From positions 32,001 to 96,000 of the IMG/VR virus record IMGVR_UViG_2816332320_000003: a stretch of 64,000 nt of DNA, one strand, 5' to 3'. Source of the stretch: a virus (Duplodnaviria > Caudoviricetes). Position numbers and translations under genes: made by a program. Every line of letters starts with the position of its first letter. Within the stretch, counting starts at the first letter, position 1. Below the pieces are notes generated by a model that had not been told where the DNA came from, searched no databases, and saw nothing but the letters and a program-made list of their open reading frames with translations. Positions 31,202 to 41,136 of this stretch are shown piece after piece.

Positions 31202-31840
31202 TTATTCTTCCCAAGCGTCACTGTGGACATTAACATAATCTGACTCATACACAGTTGCATTTATTGGCGTTTCTTTGTACGTTCGCTTGGTAGGGTTGGC
31301 GGTATAATAAGTATATGTTTTTAATACTCCTTTTGAAGTTTGACCCCTGTACCAAAATCCAATGAACCCTTTTTTCTTAGGACTTACTTCAAAGGAACCT
31401 TCTGCGCCAACCGCCTCATTCCTAGTACGAGAATCTTTGTATTCTGCTCCGACCGAGGCTTCTATGTCTGCAAGAATGCCCGCTTTAATTGAACCTGTGA
31501 ATTGAATGTTACCTGACCACTCAGAGCCTTGTGATTCTGACTTTGATACAGAGACTTTCATAGTGTATGGCTTGACATTTCTTCTATTGTCATGACTAAA
31601 CACTGCAATCTGTCGAAACTTATCTACCTCTATAAACTTGTTATGGTCGTACCCATCGAAAATTGGCCCAACAATCACATCATTTGGTGTATTAATACCT
31701 TGAGGTTTGGATTTTTCTGGATTACCCTTATGAACATCTGGTGTTGCAGGAGCAATTATTACAGACGTACTACTTGCATTTGCTACACTTGGCACAACAA
31801 GCAATAATGAAACTAACAATGCACCAACCCGTTTATTCAT
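31202..31840 (-). CDS. Secreted protein, possible aerolysin/ETX-MTX2-like beta pore-former
   Basis: Signal peptide ending ANA; Ser/Thr-rich strands flank an amphipathic hairpin WSGNIQFTGSIKAGILADIEASVGAEY. Confidence 0.5.
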   Translation of the reverse strand: MNKRVGALLVSLLLVVPSVANASSTSVIIAPATPDVHKGNPEKSKPQGINTPNDVIVGPIFDGYDHNKFIEVDKFRQIAVFSHDNRRNVKPYTMKVSVSKSESQGSEWSGNIQFTGSIKAGILADIEASVGAEYKDSRTRNEAVGAEGSFEVSPKKKGFIGFWYRGQTSKGVLKTYTYYTANPTKRTYKETPINATVYESDYVNVHSDAWEE

Positions 31841-32044
31841 TACCATACCTCCAAAATCAAAGTTACTTACATTTTTTAGTATATTATGTATCTTTTGTTT
31901 GTTCAAGGCAATTTTTGGAATTTCAGTTGATTTGATAGTAACATTTGAGATTGTAACTTTCAAGTTTTTAATAAAATGAATGTTATATAGGTGTTATCTA
32001 TGTGTGAAAAGTTGTCTACACTCCTAATGAGGGGTGTACGATCT

Positions 32045-32377
32045 ATGGAGCTTGTTTTGCAACACATAGGGAAAATGATTCGTGAAATTCGAAAGGCGCA
32101 AGGGTTGAGCCAAGAACAATTAGCCGAAAAGGTTGGAACAAAACATACAGATATAGGAAAGCTAGAGCGCGGAGAGCGGAATGTAACCCTAAAAACACTT
32201 GAAAAAGTGGCTTCCTCATTGGAAATTGAAGTGTATAAGCTATTTGAATATGACATTCAGGAAAAATCTACAGAGAAAGAGTATTTAATAAACAGGATAA
32301 ACCAAAGTCTAATTGATATGCCTGAGTCAGATTTAAGAAAAGTTTTGTCCATATTGAATATTATTTACAATGAATAA
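32045..32377 (+). CDS. XRE-family HTH regulator
   Basis: IREIRKAQGLSQEQLAEKVG...LERGERNVTL. Confidence 0.9.
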   Translation: MELVLQHIGKMIREIRKAQGLSQEQLAEKVGTKHTDIGKLERGERNVTLKTLEKVASSLEIEVYKLFEYDIQEKSTEKEYLINRINQSLIDMPESDLRKVLSILNIIYNE

Positions 32378-32378
32378 T

Positions 32379-32402
32379 AGCTCTAGAAATTAATCTAGAG
32401 CT
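32379..32402. terminator. Hairpin between convergent genes
   Basis: AGCTCTAGA / TCTAGAGCT inverted repeat. Confidence 0.6.
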
Positions 32403-32489
32403 TGCTTTGTTTAGCTTTAAAAATTTTCATTTTTAAGTGGTTACACAGTTATAAATCATAGATAATCAAAATTGCTTAAAGTGATGAGC

Positions 32490-32888
32490 TTAGCATAATA
32501 CTGGTATGACATCTGTCCAATCAATTGAAAAGTCATTAACTTTCATGTCTCCTACATTGGTTTCAACTTCATTAATTACTATATTCAATTCACTCATTGC
32601 ACAATTGGCTGCATAAATTGCATCTTCTTCATTTATCTCAAAAGGGTGTGATACGTATAGAGTTAATGTACCGAACCAATTGTCTCCATATCTATCTTCC
32701 CAATCTAATGACCAGTCATGAACTTTTGGAAAAAACACTTCTCCACTTAGGGAGAACAATTGCAGCATCTTAAGATTAAACCATACTTCTTCCACATATA
32801 CATTAGACTGCACGTTTAACACAAGCTTACCGAAGACTTGAGATTTTACTTTTACTTTTCTTTTATTTAGAATGAGAATGGGTGTCAT
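32490..32888 (-). CDS. Hypothetical protein with two copies of a ~60-aa FG.L...V.D.S..W domain
   Basis: Internal repeat; similar to 38292 and 53596. Confidence 0.7.
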   Translation of the reverse strand: MTPILILNKRKVKVKSQVFGKLVLNVQSNVYVEEVWFNLKMLQLFSLSGEVFFPKVHDWSLDWEDRYGDNWFGTLTLYVSHPFEINEEDAIYAANCAMSELNIVINEVETNVGDMKVNDFSIDWTDVIPVLC

Positions 32889-32975
32889 TAAGATGCCTCC
32901 TCTAAGCGCTCCTTTCGTCTTGGTCGGATGGTGGGGCGCTTTGATGTTTTTTAAAAGTACAAGATTCTCATATAA

Positions 32976-32987
32976 GAACGTTAGTTC
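32976..32987. promoter_or_regulatory. Putative LexA (SOS) box
   Basis: GAAC-GTTA-GTTC matches the Firmicutes GAAC-N4-GTTC consensus. Confidence 0.6.
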
Positions 32988-33147
32988 CTATTATGGGTTA
33001 TGCAAACCTTATAGTCAATGCCTACCTCCCATTCAATTAACATCTTCTATTAAAATGCAAAAAAGAACTTGAATTTTAATATCTAAAATATTATGATACA
33101 TTCATGGATATACCAAAATATTCAAATGCAATATCGGAGGTGTTAAT

Positions 33148-33420
33148 TTGTCATCAGAATATTTTGATCTAATAGTCAAACGTTTGAGTAGAGAAGATTT
33201 GATTTTATTAGAGATATTACGAGAGGAAGAGGCAACAATGGCTAGATCCTCACTGTCAATGCAGAAATTACAGGAAAAGTCAACATTGACTGATGCATTG
33301 TTTCGAAAAACTGTTTATAGACTAAATGCTAACTACTTCGTCGAATCAGAAACAAATAATAAGACTCAATCTTATTACTTAACAGACTTCGGAATACAAG
33401 CAATAACTAAAACTAATTAA
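33148..33420 (+). CDS. Winged-helix DNA-binding protein (TubR-like adaptor)
   Basis: wHTH signature ending YYLTDFG; immediately upstream of the tubulin-like gene. Confidence 0.6.
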   Translation: MSSEYFDLIVKRLSREDLILLEILREEEATMARSSLSMQKLQEKSTLTDALFRKTVYRLNANYFVESETNNKTQSYYLTDFGIQAITKTN

Positions 33421-33440
33421 TTAGAAGGAGTGGATTTATT

Positions 33441-34562
33441 GTGATAGCTGTTGTGGGTTTGGGTGGTGCAGGTGGAAACTGCGCTGACGAGGCAATAAAA
33501 CGTGGTTTTTATGGGGTTGCAATTAACTACTCTGATCGAGATTTAAGGGCACTGGAACACGTCGAGCATAAGTTGAAGCTACAAGGCTCTGAAGGCGTTG
33601 GAAAGAATCGTGAGGAAGCGACAGCTCTTCTCTCTACTCAATATGATGCTGTGGTTAAATGGATCATTGACCATCTTTCTTCTCCTTCGATCAAAATTAT
33701 AGCATTTTACTACTCCACCTCTGGTGGCTCAGGATCTGGAATCGCTTCTCTGCTTATGGAATTACTTCAAAGTATCATGCCTGATAAGACAATAATTGCA
33801 TTCCCAATTCTTCCTGATCTAAGTGAAGACGAAACTGCACAATTGAATTGTCTTGCTGCATCTGAGGAGTTATCAAAACTTAATGTACTCTCCTTTCCAA
33901 TTGACAATCAACAAGTCAAGAATGGAAATAACAATATACCTAAAAATAAGATATATGAAATCACAAACACAAATGCAGTCTATTTGCTCCATTCGGTTGT
34001 CTCGTACATTGAACTATCTAGTAAAAACGGAAACTTCGATGAGCAGGATCTCCTTACTGTTTTAGGCACCAAAGGCGTTGGTCATATTTGCGAAGTCAAT
34101 ATAAAAACCCCTGTGAACATTGAGCAAACATCTCAAGGGCTTACAGATATTATTCATGAGCAATGGAAAACATCAATATTCGCCCCCATCGATTATCAAC
34201 ATGTCACAAGAGCAGCAGTTATCTTTGATGGTGACGAGAAATACACTGACTTGATCTCACATCAGGATATGTTCTCTGTGTTTGAAAATGGCACACCAAT
34301 AGGATTATATGAAGGATACTACCACAATTCAGCAAACAGGATTATTACGGTCTTAACTGGACTTCCATGGTTTACCTCAAGATTGAAACAGATTGAGCAT
34401 ATCATTGAACAGAACACTAGTAAGATTGAAACTGTTCTCTCTAGCCAAGCTGATACCTCCTATGTTTCATCAGTATCTAGTATTGCAAACAAATTAAAAA
34501 GCCCCATTAAAAGTACTCCTAAATCGTCTACAGCAGATATTGTTGCGAAATATAAGCGCTAA
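33441..34562 (+). CDS. Tubulin/FtsZ-family GTPase (TubZ-like)
   Basis: GLGGAGGN, GVGKNR, SGGSGSG tubulin signature and NFDEQD T7 loop. Confidence 0.88.
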   Translation: MIAVVGLGGAGGNCADEAIKRGFYGVAINYSDRDLRALEHVEHKLKLQGSEGVGKNREEATALLSTQYDAVVKWIIDHLSSPSIKIIAFYYSTSGGSGSGIASLLMELLQSIMPDKTIIAFPILPDLSEDETAQLNCLAASEELSKLNVLSFPIDNQQVKNGNNNIPKNKIYEITNTNAVYLLHSVVSYIELSSKNGNFDEQDLLTVLGTKGVGHICEVNIKTPVNIEQTSQGLTDIIHEQWKTSIFAPIDYQHVTRAAVIFDGDEKYTDLISHQDMFSVFENGTPIGLYEGYYHNSANRIITVLTGLPWFTSRLKQIEHIIEQNTSKIETVLSSQADTSYVSSVSSIANKLKSPIKSTPKSSTADIVAKYKR

Positions 34563-34570
34563 ATTGTTTT

Positions 34571-34593
34571 GGGTGCAGATTACTGCACCCTTT
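34571..34593 (+). terminator. Intrinsic terminator after the tubZ-like gene
   Basis: GGGTGCAG-ATTA-CTGCACCC-TTT. Confidence 0.7.
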
Positions 34594-34747
34594 AGAATAC
34601 AGACATTATTGTTCGGCTTTATTAATTCCGCCAAAGTATAGACCCCGTAAATTTTTTCACCTCTTAAGCTTGATTACCTCTAATAACGAACGTTAATTAA
34701 TCTCTCGTTTCAATTGTTCGGTTATACTCCAAAAAAACAACCCGTCA

Positions 34748-35773
34748 TTATGACAGGTTGTTTTCGTTGTATATCTGTTTAATCATATCAATGTTGATAT
34801 ATTCTTTCATAGGGTGCCAATTGTAACCCTCGTAACCGTTATTGTTGATTTTTCCAACTCCAAATTGCTCACAAACCTCTAAGTACTGCTCTTTTTCTAA
34901 TTTACCATCTCGCTCAAGAATTTCTTTTGCATGATAGAGCATACCACTACGCTGTATATTCTTCACAGTAAAATTCTCTAATACAAACATTTCACTGATT
35001 GTAGATAGTCGAGCATAAATAAGATGGGTATTTACTTGCTCTATGTGAACAGTTTTAGTTTTTGCTGGTTTAATAACATAACCTGTTTCAATTAATTGAC
35101 TTACTTCTTTGGTGTTCCTTGAGTTAGGATTTATATGACCGTTTCGCTTGTAATACTCTGTTTGCATATCAGCTTGCTTAATTAATGCAATGCACTCACT
35201 AGGGACTTTAATTATCCTAGTTTGTCCATCCTTATCATCTGTTAGTATCACTTCACTTGTCTCAAGACTGACATCACTTGTGCGTAAGTTTCTTAGTTCT
35301 GAAACTTCTCGTCCATTTGCCCCATAGAATAGCAATGAAATAATTACAGCATCTTGAGCATTCCTACATCTATTTATTATTTCATCAATCTCCATCTTAG
35401 AATAGAATAGTTTTATATTATCATCTAAGAATTTTTCAGCCCAATTATCAAATTGGTATCTCATAGGATTGATGGTGTTTGATCTATACCCTTCTTCAAT
35501 TGCCCAGTCAATATATGAAGATATAATGCTTATATTGGACTTACTTGCAGCAGCAGTCTTTGGTTTTAAATGAAATAGGACGTTCTCAATTTCTTTAATA
35601 TTAAAATCATACATATCTCTATTCAAACTAGCTTCTACAAGACTACTCCTAATAAAAATCCTTTCATAAGGACCTTTACTGTCATCTGAAATCTCTTCCA
35701 TAAACCTGTTTTTCACTTGTTCATTAAAAATATTATCTTGATAAATTTGATTAGGGGCATTTTTGTTAGACAC
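34748..35773 (-). CDS. Tyrosine-recombinase-fold protein, SPbeta YopR/MrpR-like repressor
   Basis: Integrase-like LLFYGANGREVSELRNL..SDV and KNIQRSG with degenerate catalytic motifs; follows a YopQ-like gene. Confidence 0.75.
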   Translation of the reverse strand: MSNKNAPNQIYQDNIFNEQVKNRFMEEISDDSKGPYERIFIRSSLVEASLNRDMYDFNIKEIENVLFHLKPKTAAASKSNISIISSYIDWAIEEGYRSNTINPMRYQFDNWAEKFLDDNIKLFYSKMEIDEIINRCRNAQDAVIISLLFYGANGREVSELRNLRTSDVSLETSEVILTDDKDGQTRIIKVPSECIALIKQADMQTEYYKRNGHINPNSRNTKEVSQLIETGYVIKPAKTKTVHIEQVNTHLIYARLSTISEMFVLENFTVKNIQRSGMLYHAKEILERDGKLEKEQYLEVCEQFGVGKINNNGYEGYNWHPMKEYINIDMIKQIYNENNLS

Positions 35774-37085
35774 CTTTTAGACTCCCCTCTAGTGGAATTT
35801 GTTTAAAGTAGTCACGCACAAACTTTTTGAGTTTCTTGTTTGATATTGGGACATTCATATTTTTCACTTCTTGAATAAATGTATTATTCTCAGTGAGGTC
35901 TATCTTAGAAATGATATCAGCCACAGATCTAGCTGGTACTTCGTTATCAAACATCTGTTTTGCTAGGGATAGATAACCAATGAACATGAAATGCTTAGAC
36001 ATTAATGTTTCTCCACTCTTCTCCTTTGCAAATTCGTGTGGGAAAGAGCCAATTAAGTAATCAAAAAATACAATGAGGTAGTTGGCTAGATTTAATGCCT
36101 CAATTTTAGAATTTAACTTAAACTGTTCTTCTATTTCTTCAGTTAAAAGTTTGTAACTTAATAAATGACCAACAGCATGATTTAGTAAGTGTGTTGGTGA
36201 AACTCTATTCCTTAATTCTGATTCTTTTTGTAATTCTTTTGCAACAATATCACTATACCTGTCAGCTCTAAGTTTCTGAATGTAAGTATTGGGCATTTTA
36301 TTAACTGTATTGATTTGTGCAACATATGCTTGCGCCTCTTTAGTAGAGAAGTTTTTTATGGCAACTTGTACTTTTAAATCTTCATCAGGGTTCAATTGAT
36401 TAATAACTTGAGAAAAAGCATTTAATCGATGGAAACCATCTAGGATATCTATTTCACCTGATTTGATTGTTAATCTCGCATGTTTCTCATCATAACTTAG
36501 TTCATCTCGTCCATCAGCTAAGAGATTCAAAATAATGGTATCTGCTCGAAATGTTTTATTTAGAATGTGCTCTACAATCTCTTTAACTGATTGTTTGTTT
36601 ACATTTGCTAATGTTACAATCTTCCCTTTTTTTAATCGTTCTTTTGGATTTCTCTGTGTTTCAGGGTTATATTCAATTAATTGCGAGTTGTCCCACTCAA
36701 CTAGTGTTTTAATTGGCAATGCTGTAATAAATTCTTGGTCATTAAGATAAACAACATTTTCAATATTTATAGGGAGTGCAATTCTCTCGTCTAAAAACTC
36801 TTTGTGTCTAGAAGCCACTTGTATTTCACGTTCATTAAAATAGATCTCAGGGTTAAAACGATTCTCGGTAGTCAAGGTATAAATAGAGTTTGTGAGCAGA
36901 AATAAAAGAGTGTCATCTAACTCTCCAATAGGTGTAAATTGATTAATTATCTTCTGCACGTCCCCAGCTAGAATATTATATTTAGCTAGTTCACCCTTAA
37001 GCTCTTCTGTAAATTTCGAATCAGATTTTATATCTTCGAATTTTTGTAATAGAACTTGCTCCAATTCTGATCTATTGACCTTCAT
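35766..37085 (-). CDS. DndB/DGQHR-domain protein (SPbeta YopQ-like)
   Basis: YNPETQR, ILDGFHRL and QIN motifs. Confidence 0.8.
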   Translation of the reverse strand: MKVNRSELEQVLLQKFEDIKSDSKFTEELKGELAKYNILAGDVQKIINQFTPIGELDDTLLFLLTNSIYTLTTENRFNPEIYFNEREIQVASRHKEFLDERIALPINIENVVYLNDQEFITALPIKTLVEWDNSQLIEYNPETQRNPKERLKKGKIVTLANVNKQSVKEIVEHILNKTFRADTIILNLLADGRDELSYDEKHARLTIKSGEIDILDGFHRLNAFSQVINQLNPDEDLKVQVAIKNFSTKEAQAYVAQINTVNKMPNTYIQKLRADRYSDIVAKELQKESELRNRVSPTHLLNHAVGHLLSYKLLTEEIEEQFKLNSKIEALNLANYLIVFFDYLIGSFPHEFAKEKSGETLMSKHFMFIGYLSLAKQMFDNEVPARSVADIISKIDLTENNTFIQEVKNMNVPISNKKLKKFVRDYFKQIPLEGSLKGV

Positions 37086-37223
37086 GAAATCACCTTCCTC
37101 GATATTCAGTTTATTAAAATTGTAGTCATTTCCAACTTTAATTATACCTAAATCCACTATAAACAACAATGAGTATTTATTTTATTTATATAAGCAAAAT
37201 CCCCTATCGCTAGGGGTTAAATG

Positions 37224-37841
37224 TCACTTCTTGTCCAATCCCATTATAAATGTGATTGTCCTGAATGAATTGTTTGATGTTGCTAATTGTAGGGCAATCT
37301 TTCTTAGTGCGGCTGCATCTTTAGTTCCATTTAATTTCGAAATAAATTTGCCCCTGATATCCTTTTGACATTCATCGCAATACCAATGTTGCTCATACTC
37401 AGGTGTGAATTGAGTATAGCATCCACCATTATAGCAAACGTTATCTTTTAACTTAACAGCCTTACCATACGTTTTGTAGCCCGCCTGTAGCATAGCTTCT
37501 GTCCATGTTAATTCTCTTTTAGAAAGTGCTTCACTATCTGGCTTAAGCTTCAATTTATCGTACTCAGTAGATGTCGGCACGTATCCAAGTTCCTTAATTG
37601 ATTCTTTGAGTTGTTGCACCAATTCTTCAGCAGTTAACATGGAAGGATGGGGCATAATATTGGCTTCACGTAGCATATTAGTCCATCCAAAATGATCTTT
37701 AATGTAAGAATAAGAAGGCTTTAGACCAGATTTCTTGTAAATTTCTGGTGTTACATTACCCTTGTTTTCTGTCGATAATGCGCGCAAATTTCTGAGTACT
37801 AGCTTTTTTGCTTCAGCTTCAGTGTAAACATTTGACACCAC
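37224..37841 (-). CDS. Protein with homing-endonuclease-associated repeats and a Zn finger
   Basis: Two PS......FGW...L..A-type repeats; CY..GC...CDEC. Confidence 0.6.
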   Translation of the reverse strand: MVSNVYTEAEAKKLVLRNLRALSTENKGNVTPEIYKKSGLKPSYSYIKDHFGWTNMLREANIMPHPSMLTAEELVQQLKESIKELGYVPTSTEYDKLKLKPDSEALSKRELTWTEAMLQAGYKTYGKAVKLKDNVCYNGGCYTQFTPEYEQHWYCDECQKDIRGKFISKLNGTKDAAALRKIALQLATSNNSFRTITFIMGLDKK

Positions 37842-37893
37842 TTATCACCCCATCACTGATTATAAGGTAGAGTTTTACACAAGACAACAAAGA

Positions 37894-37920
37894 TAAAACC
37901 ATACTTTAAGTATGGTTTTA
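37894..37920. terminator. 13-bp inverted repeat (terminator or operator)
   Basis: TAAAACCATACTT-T-AAGTATGGTTTTA. Confidence 0.5.
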
Positions 37921-38291
37921 AGATTTAATTTATTATAGGCATATTTGGCATTTTACTGATCATTGGATTGTTCTTGTAGAACTCATTAAGACATCGGATA
38001 TATAGAATTAAGTCGTTCCATTCTTTCGTGGTGACTTTTTCATATTGATTTACTGTCTCATAGAAAATAACTAGGCATTCATTACTTAAAGTAGCAGCAG
38101 GATCAGTCCTACGAATATGAGTACCGTTGCCTCTCTCGCTTTTCACTAAAAACATTGTCTGTAGTACCTCCTTATTATCACGTCCCTACTGCAAGGGCTT
38201 TATTTCTCGATTCTTCCTTTACTATCGTGATACTATATATTAATTTTACTTAAAATGCCTTGTGCTACATCTTTATTTTGATTTATTTTGC

Positions 38292-38798
38292 TTATGCCAC
38301 TCTTGCCTCGTTCCATGAAACTGCACAGCCTAAACAATCTAACGAGATATAGTCACCACTTGTCGTTTGAAACAGAACCTCATCTTTAGATTCTACGTTT
38401 GCCCATGTCCAGCTCTTAATTGACTTAAATAGATTCACTTCGGCGTTTATAACCAACATCCCAATTACTGTATAAGTATCAGATTCTTCATAAGCTTCCA
38501 TCCATTCCAATGTAAAGCTATCCACCCTTATTGCCCTTTCAGGTACGTTGTTTTGCAACAAAACCTTACTGATATACATATCATTAAGCATGTATTGTGC
38601 TGCCATCAGTGCACTCTCTTGATCCTCTGTGTCAATATTATAAGCTGCTACTCTTATCTTAATAACGCCACAAGCTGTAGCTTTAGCGCTAACCTCTGCC
38701 CTCTTACCTGTTTTCTTTTCGTGCATCTTCTTGGTTGCCACTTCAATCATTTCTATTGATCTGGAAAGTTTCTTATTTATACCGTTCATAACAAACAC
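38292..38798 (-). CDS. Hypothetical protein with two ~60-aa domains, downstream of the arbitrium-like pair
   Basis: VDSFTLEW and CAVSW repeats resemble 32490 and 53596. Confidence 0.7.
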   Translation of the reverse strand: MFVMNGINKKLSRSIEMIEVATKKMHEKKTGKRAEVSAKATACGVIKIRVAAYNIDTEDQESALMAAQYMLNDMYISKVLLQNNVPERAIRVDSFTLEWMEAYEESDTYTVIGMLVINAEVNLFKSIKSWTWANVESKDEVLFQTTSGDYISLDCLGCAVSWNEARVA

Positions 38799-38892
38799 CC
38801 CATGACAAATTTATTTTATACTTATACAGTATCATGGGTTGGCAAGAATCATGACTAATATTTTTTTTGCCAATTGTTATTTTTTATTGACT

Positions 38893-38917
38893 AAAAGAAA
38901 AAAGTGGCTTTCGCCAC
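38893..38917 (-). terminator. Intrinsic terminator after the peptide gene
   Basis: GTGGC-GAAA-GCCAC followed by a U-tract on the minus strand. Confidence 0.7.
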
Positions 38918-38926
38918 CCATTTCTT

Positions 38927-39022
38927 TTACCAGCCACCACCCGGATCTTGTTGAAGGATCACAAGTGCAACTGGTACAATATAAGCCAGAGCCATTAAAA
39001 GTTTTGCTTTCGCTGCTTTCAT
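38927..39022 (-). CDS. aimP: Arbitrium-like pro-peptide MKAAKAKLLMALAYIVPVALVILQQDPGGGW
   Basis: Translated by hand; GGAGGTG RBS, signal peptide, DPGG-W ending typical of arbitrium peptides. Confidence 0.78.
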   Translation of the reverse strand: MKAAKAKLLMALAYIVPVALVILQQDPGGGW

Positions 39023-39028
39023 TAGTAC

Positions 39029-40375
39029 TCACCTCCCTTCAAGCAGCGACTCAAATTTCTGCCTCTGTTCATTATTTAATGAGAAATTATTTTTATATAT
39101 TATTTTGGTTCCTTCTCTAAATCGTTTCATTTGACCCATCTCTACTGCCAGTATCAAGCATTCAATAGCTTGATTAATGGCTTCGTGTGAGTTTTTAAGT
39201 TCAGAATAGTACTTAGCCAAGGCAGATCGAAGTCTTAAGGTTGATTTTTTAATCAACATGTAATCATATTCAGAAAACTGATCAATTATATTTTTGTATT
39301 TATTAATTAAATTACTTGCCTCATTTGGCATACCATGTTTTAAGTAGCACTCAACTGCTAAAGGTAAAACATAATAGAGGTTTTTCGGATCTTGCTCATT
39401 CGCCCAATCAATGTAATCATTGATCGCAGAACAGTCCCCTTTTTCAATTAAGGTATAACTTTTATTGCCAATAGCTATATTCTTAAAATAGTCATTGATC
39501 GCTGCATACCTCTCAATTATCAATAAAGACTCTTCATATTTCTCCATCCCTCTATATGCATAAGCCTGATAAATCAATGACTCTCCAATGTATTTCTGGT
39601 ATGGGGCATGATATTTTTCTTTATTAATTGACAGTGAAATAGATTCAAGCTCAATTGCATAGTCTAATAAATTCTCCCAGTCCTCCATAACATTGAAAAA
39701 TGTTAAGGTTCTATAGTACGCATCAAGTTTTACATTGTACAATTCACCGTCTTTTTCAATGAATTCATCCGGAAGTAAAATGAGATAATCTAACAGTCTA
39801 TGTAGTGCCTCTTTTCCCTTCCCCTGCAAGTCTTGATCTCTAAGTATCATAAATTTTTTAAAATAGCATATAGCTAGTTTTTCACTCTTTTTCTGTTCTT
39901 CTTTGATGATCTCGTTATACAATTCCAATGCAAAATCATATAATTTCATTTCATATAGTTTGTCAGATATTCTTAAAACTAAGTCTTTATTGGATTTAAC
40001 ATCTTGATTAAGAATTTCATAGGTTATTGCCTTTGCTAACAATGGCAAATCAGCTTCATAGCAACACATGATGAATTCTTCACACTTTGCTACTTTGTAT
40101 TTCCCGTTACTATCAATGCACTCACTTACAAAGTCATAATACAACTCCCCTTTTTTAAGACCAAGTGTATCTGAGATTAGATTAAGATGTTCAAGACTCA
40201 TTGGTCGAGGATCATCATTTTTTAGTATTTTATTTAAAGTTGTAGCGTGGATTCCTGTTGCTTCTGCAATGTCTTTTTGCATCATACCTTTTTGATCCAT
40301 GAGAGAGGAAATCTTGCCTCTAAGATTGCAACGTGCAATATCCAATTCAATCTTTTCGTTACTTTGGATAAGCAT
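39029..40375 (-). CDS. aimR: HTH-TPR arbitrium-like peptide receptor
   Basis: XRE HTH plus TPR-like helices, immediately followed by the DPGGGW peptide. Confidence 0.72.
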   Translation of the reverse strand: MLIQSNEKIELDIARCNLRGKISSLMDQKGMMQKDIAEATGIHATTLNKILKNDDPRPMSLEHLNLISDTLGLKKGELYYDFVSECIDSNGKYKVAKCEEFIMCCYEADLPLLAKAITYEILNQDVKSNKDLVLRISDKLYEMKLYDFALELYNEIIKEEQKKSEKLAICYFKKFMILRDQDLQGKGKEALHRLLDYLILLPDEFIEKDGELYNVKLDAYYRTLTFFNVMEDWENLLDYAIELESISLSINKEKYHAPYQKYIGESLIYQAYAYRGMEKYEESLLIIERYAAINDYFKNIAIGNKSYTLIEKGDCSAINDYIDWANEQDPKNLYYVLPLAVECYLKHGMPNEASNLINKYKNIIDQFSEYDYMLIKKSTLRLRSALAKYYSELKNSHEAINQAIECLILAVEMGQMKRFREGTKIIYKNNFSLNNEQRQKFESLLEGR

Positions 40376-40412
40376 GTCTACATCCCCTTTTCGAGTTATT
40401 CCTTACACTCTC

Positions 40413-40441
40413 AATATAACATCGATAGATTTATTTTACAA
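40413..40441 (-). promoter_or_regulatory. SigA-type promoter of the aimR-like gene
   Basis: TTGTAA-17 bp-TATATT, adjacent to an ATATTTTTAGTTATTA motif. Confidence 0.55.
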
Positions 40442-40660
40442 TATATTTTTAGTTATTATTCGAATCAAATTTCGATTTTATTTGGAATTCATTCATCGTC
40501 CACACTATCTAGGTTTCGACTCGCACAAGATGGACAAAAATGAATTGAAGTTTCTTCTGGCATTAATACCGCAAACTGAAACTCGCAATCCTTACACTTG
40601 TAGATTGAATCATACATCCATTCTCTTATAATATCCATTCACTTCTTCTCCTTCTTATAA

Positions 40661-41110
40661 TCAAATGTTCATTTTATCTTGCCTTAGAACTCTTTCCAAT
40701 TCAAACTCCAAAGCACCAATAGAAATAGCCTCTATTTCATATTTTTTGGTCAACAAATCTCTTGGTGCCCAACTTGAGTATATGTTCCATATATACCCAT
40801 CAACCATATGTAGCATTTTCCACCCATAGCGTTCCATTTTAGGCATAGAACCATAGTAGATTCTAACTATGGCAGGAAATACTTCTATGTCGGTATCTTC
40901 TTTAATCTTTAAAGCCAACTTATAAGAGTCTTTGGTGATAAGTGATTTATTAGAAGTGTTCATATTTTGATCAACGAGAAGCTCCATAATAGCTTTCCAG
41001 TTATCATTATCATATTTAGCTTTTACTTCTCTGTATAGCTCGCTGTCTTTCTCATCAAACCAGCGCCAGCTATCTCCCTTTAGCTTTTTGAACAAGTGAT
41101 AGTGTTCCAT
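40661..41110 (-). CDS. Hypothetical protein
   Basis: 149 aa. Confidence 0.7.
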   Translation of the reverse strand: MEHYHLFKKLKGDSWRWFDEKDSELYREVKAKYDNDNWKAIMELLVDQNMNTSNKSLITKDSYKLALKIKEDTDIEVFPAIVRIYYGSMPKMERYGWKMLHMVDGYIWNIYSSWAPRDLLTKKYEIEAISIGALEFELERVLRQDKMNI

Positions 41111-41136
41111 TTGCCATCAACCTTCTTAGTTAATAA

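Noticed and set aside
33441-34562. Host cell-division ftsZ
   Set aside because: Divergent sequence, no dcw cluster, and paired with a wHTH gene in a phage context
34748-35773. The prophage integrase marking an att boundary
   Set aside because: Catalytic motifs are degenerate, phage genes continue on both sides, and the context matches YopR/MrpR
35766-37085. Phosphorothioate (dnd) system
   Set aside because: Only a DndB-like domain is present, with no dndACDE; it matches the phage YopQ context
38802-38819. Near-copy of the 18-bp motif (ATGACA-AATTTA-TTTTAT) in the regulatory core
   Set aside because: Mismatch in the AAA arm, not tied to a stop codon, and plausible by chance in AT-rich DNA
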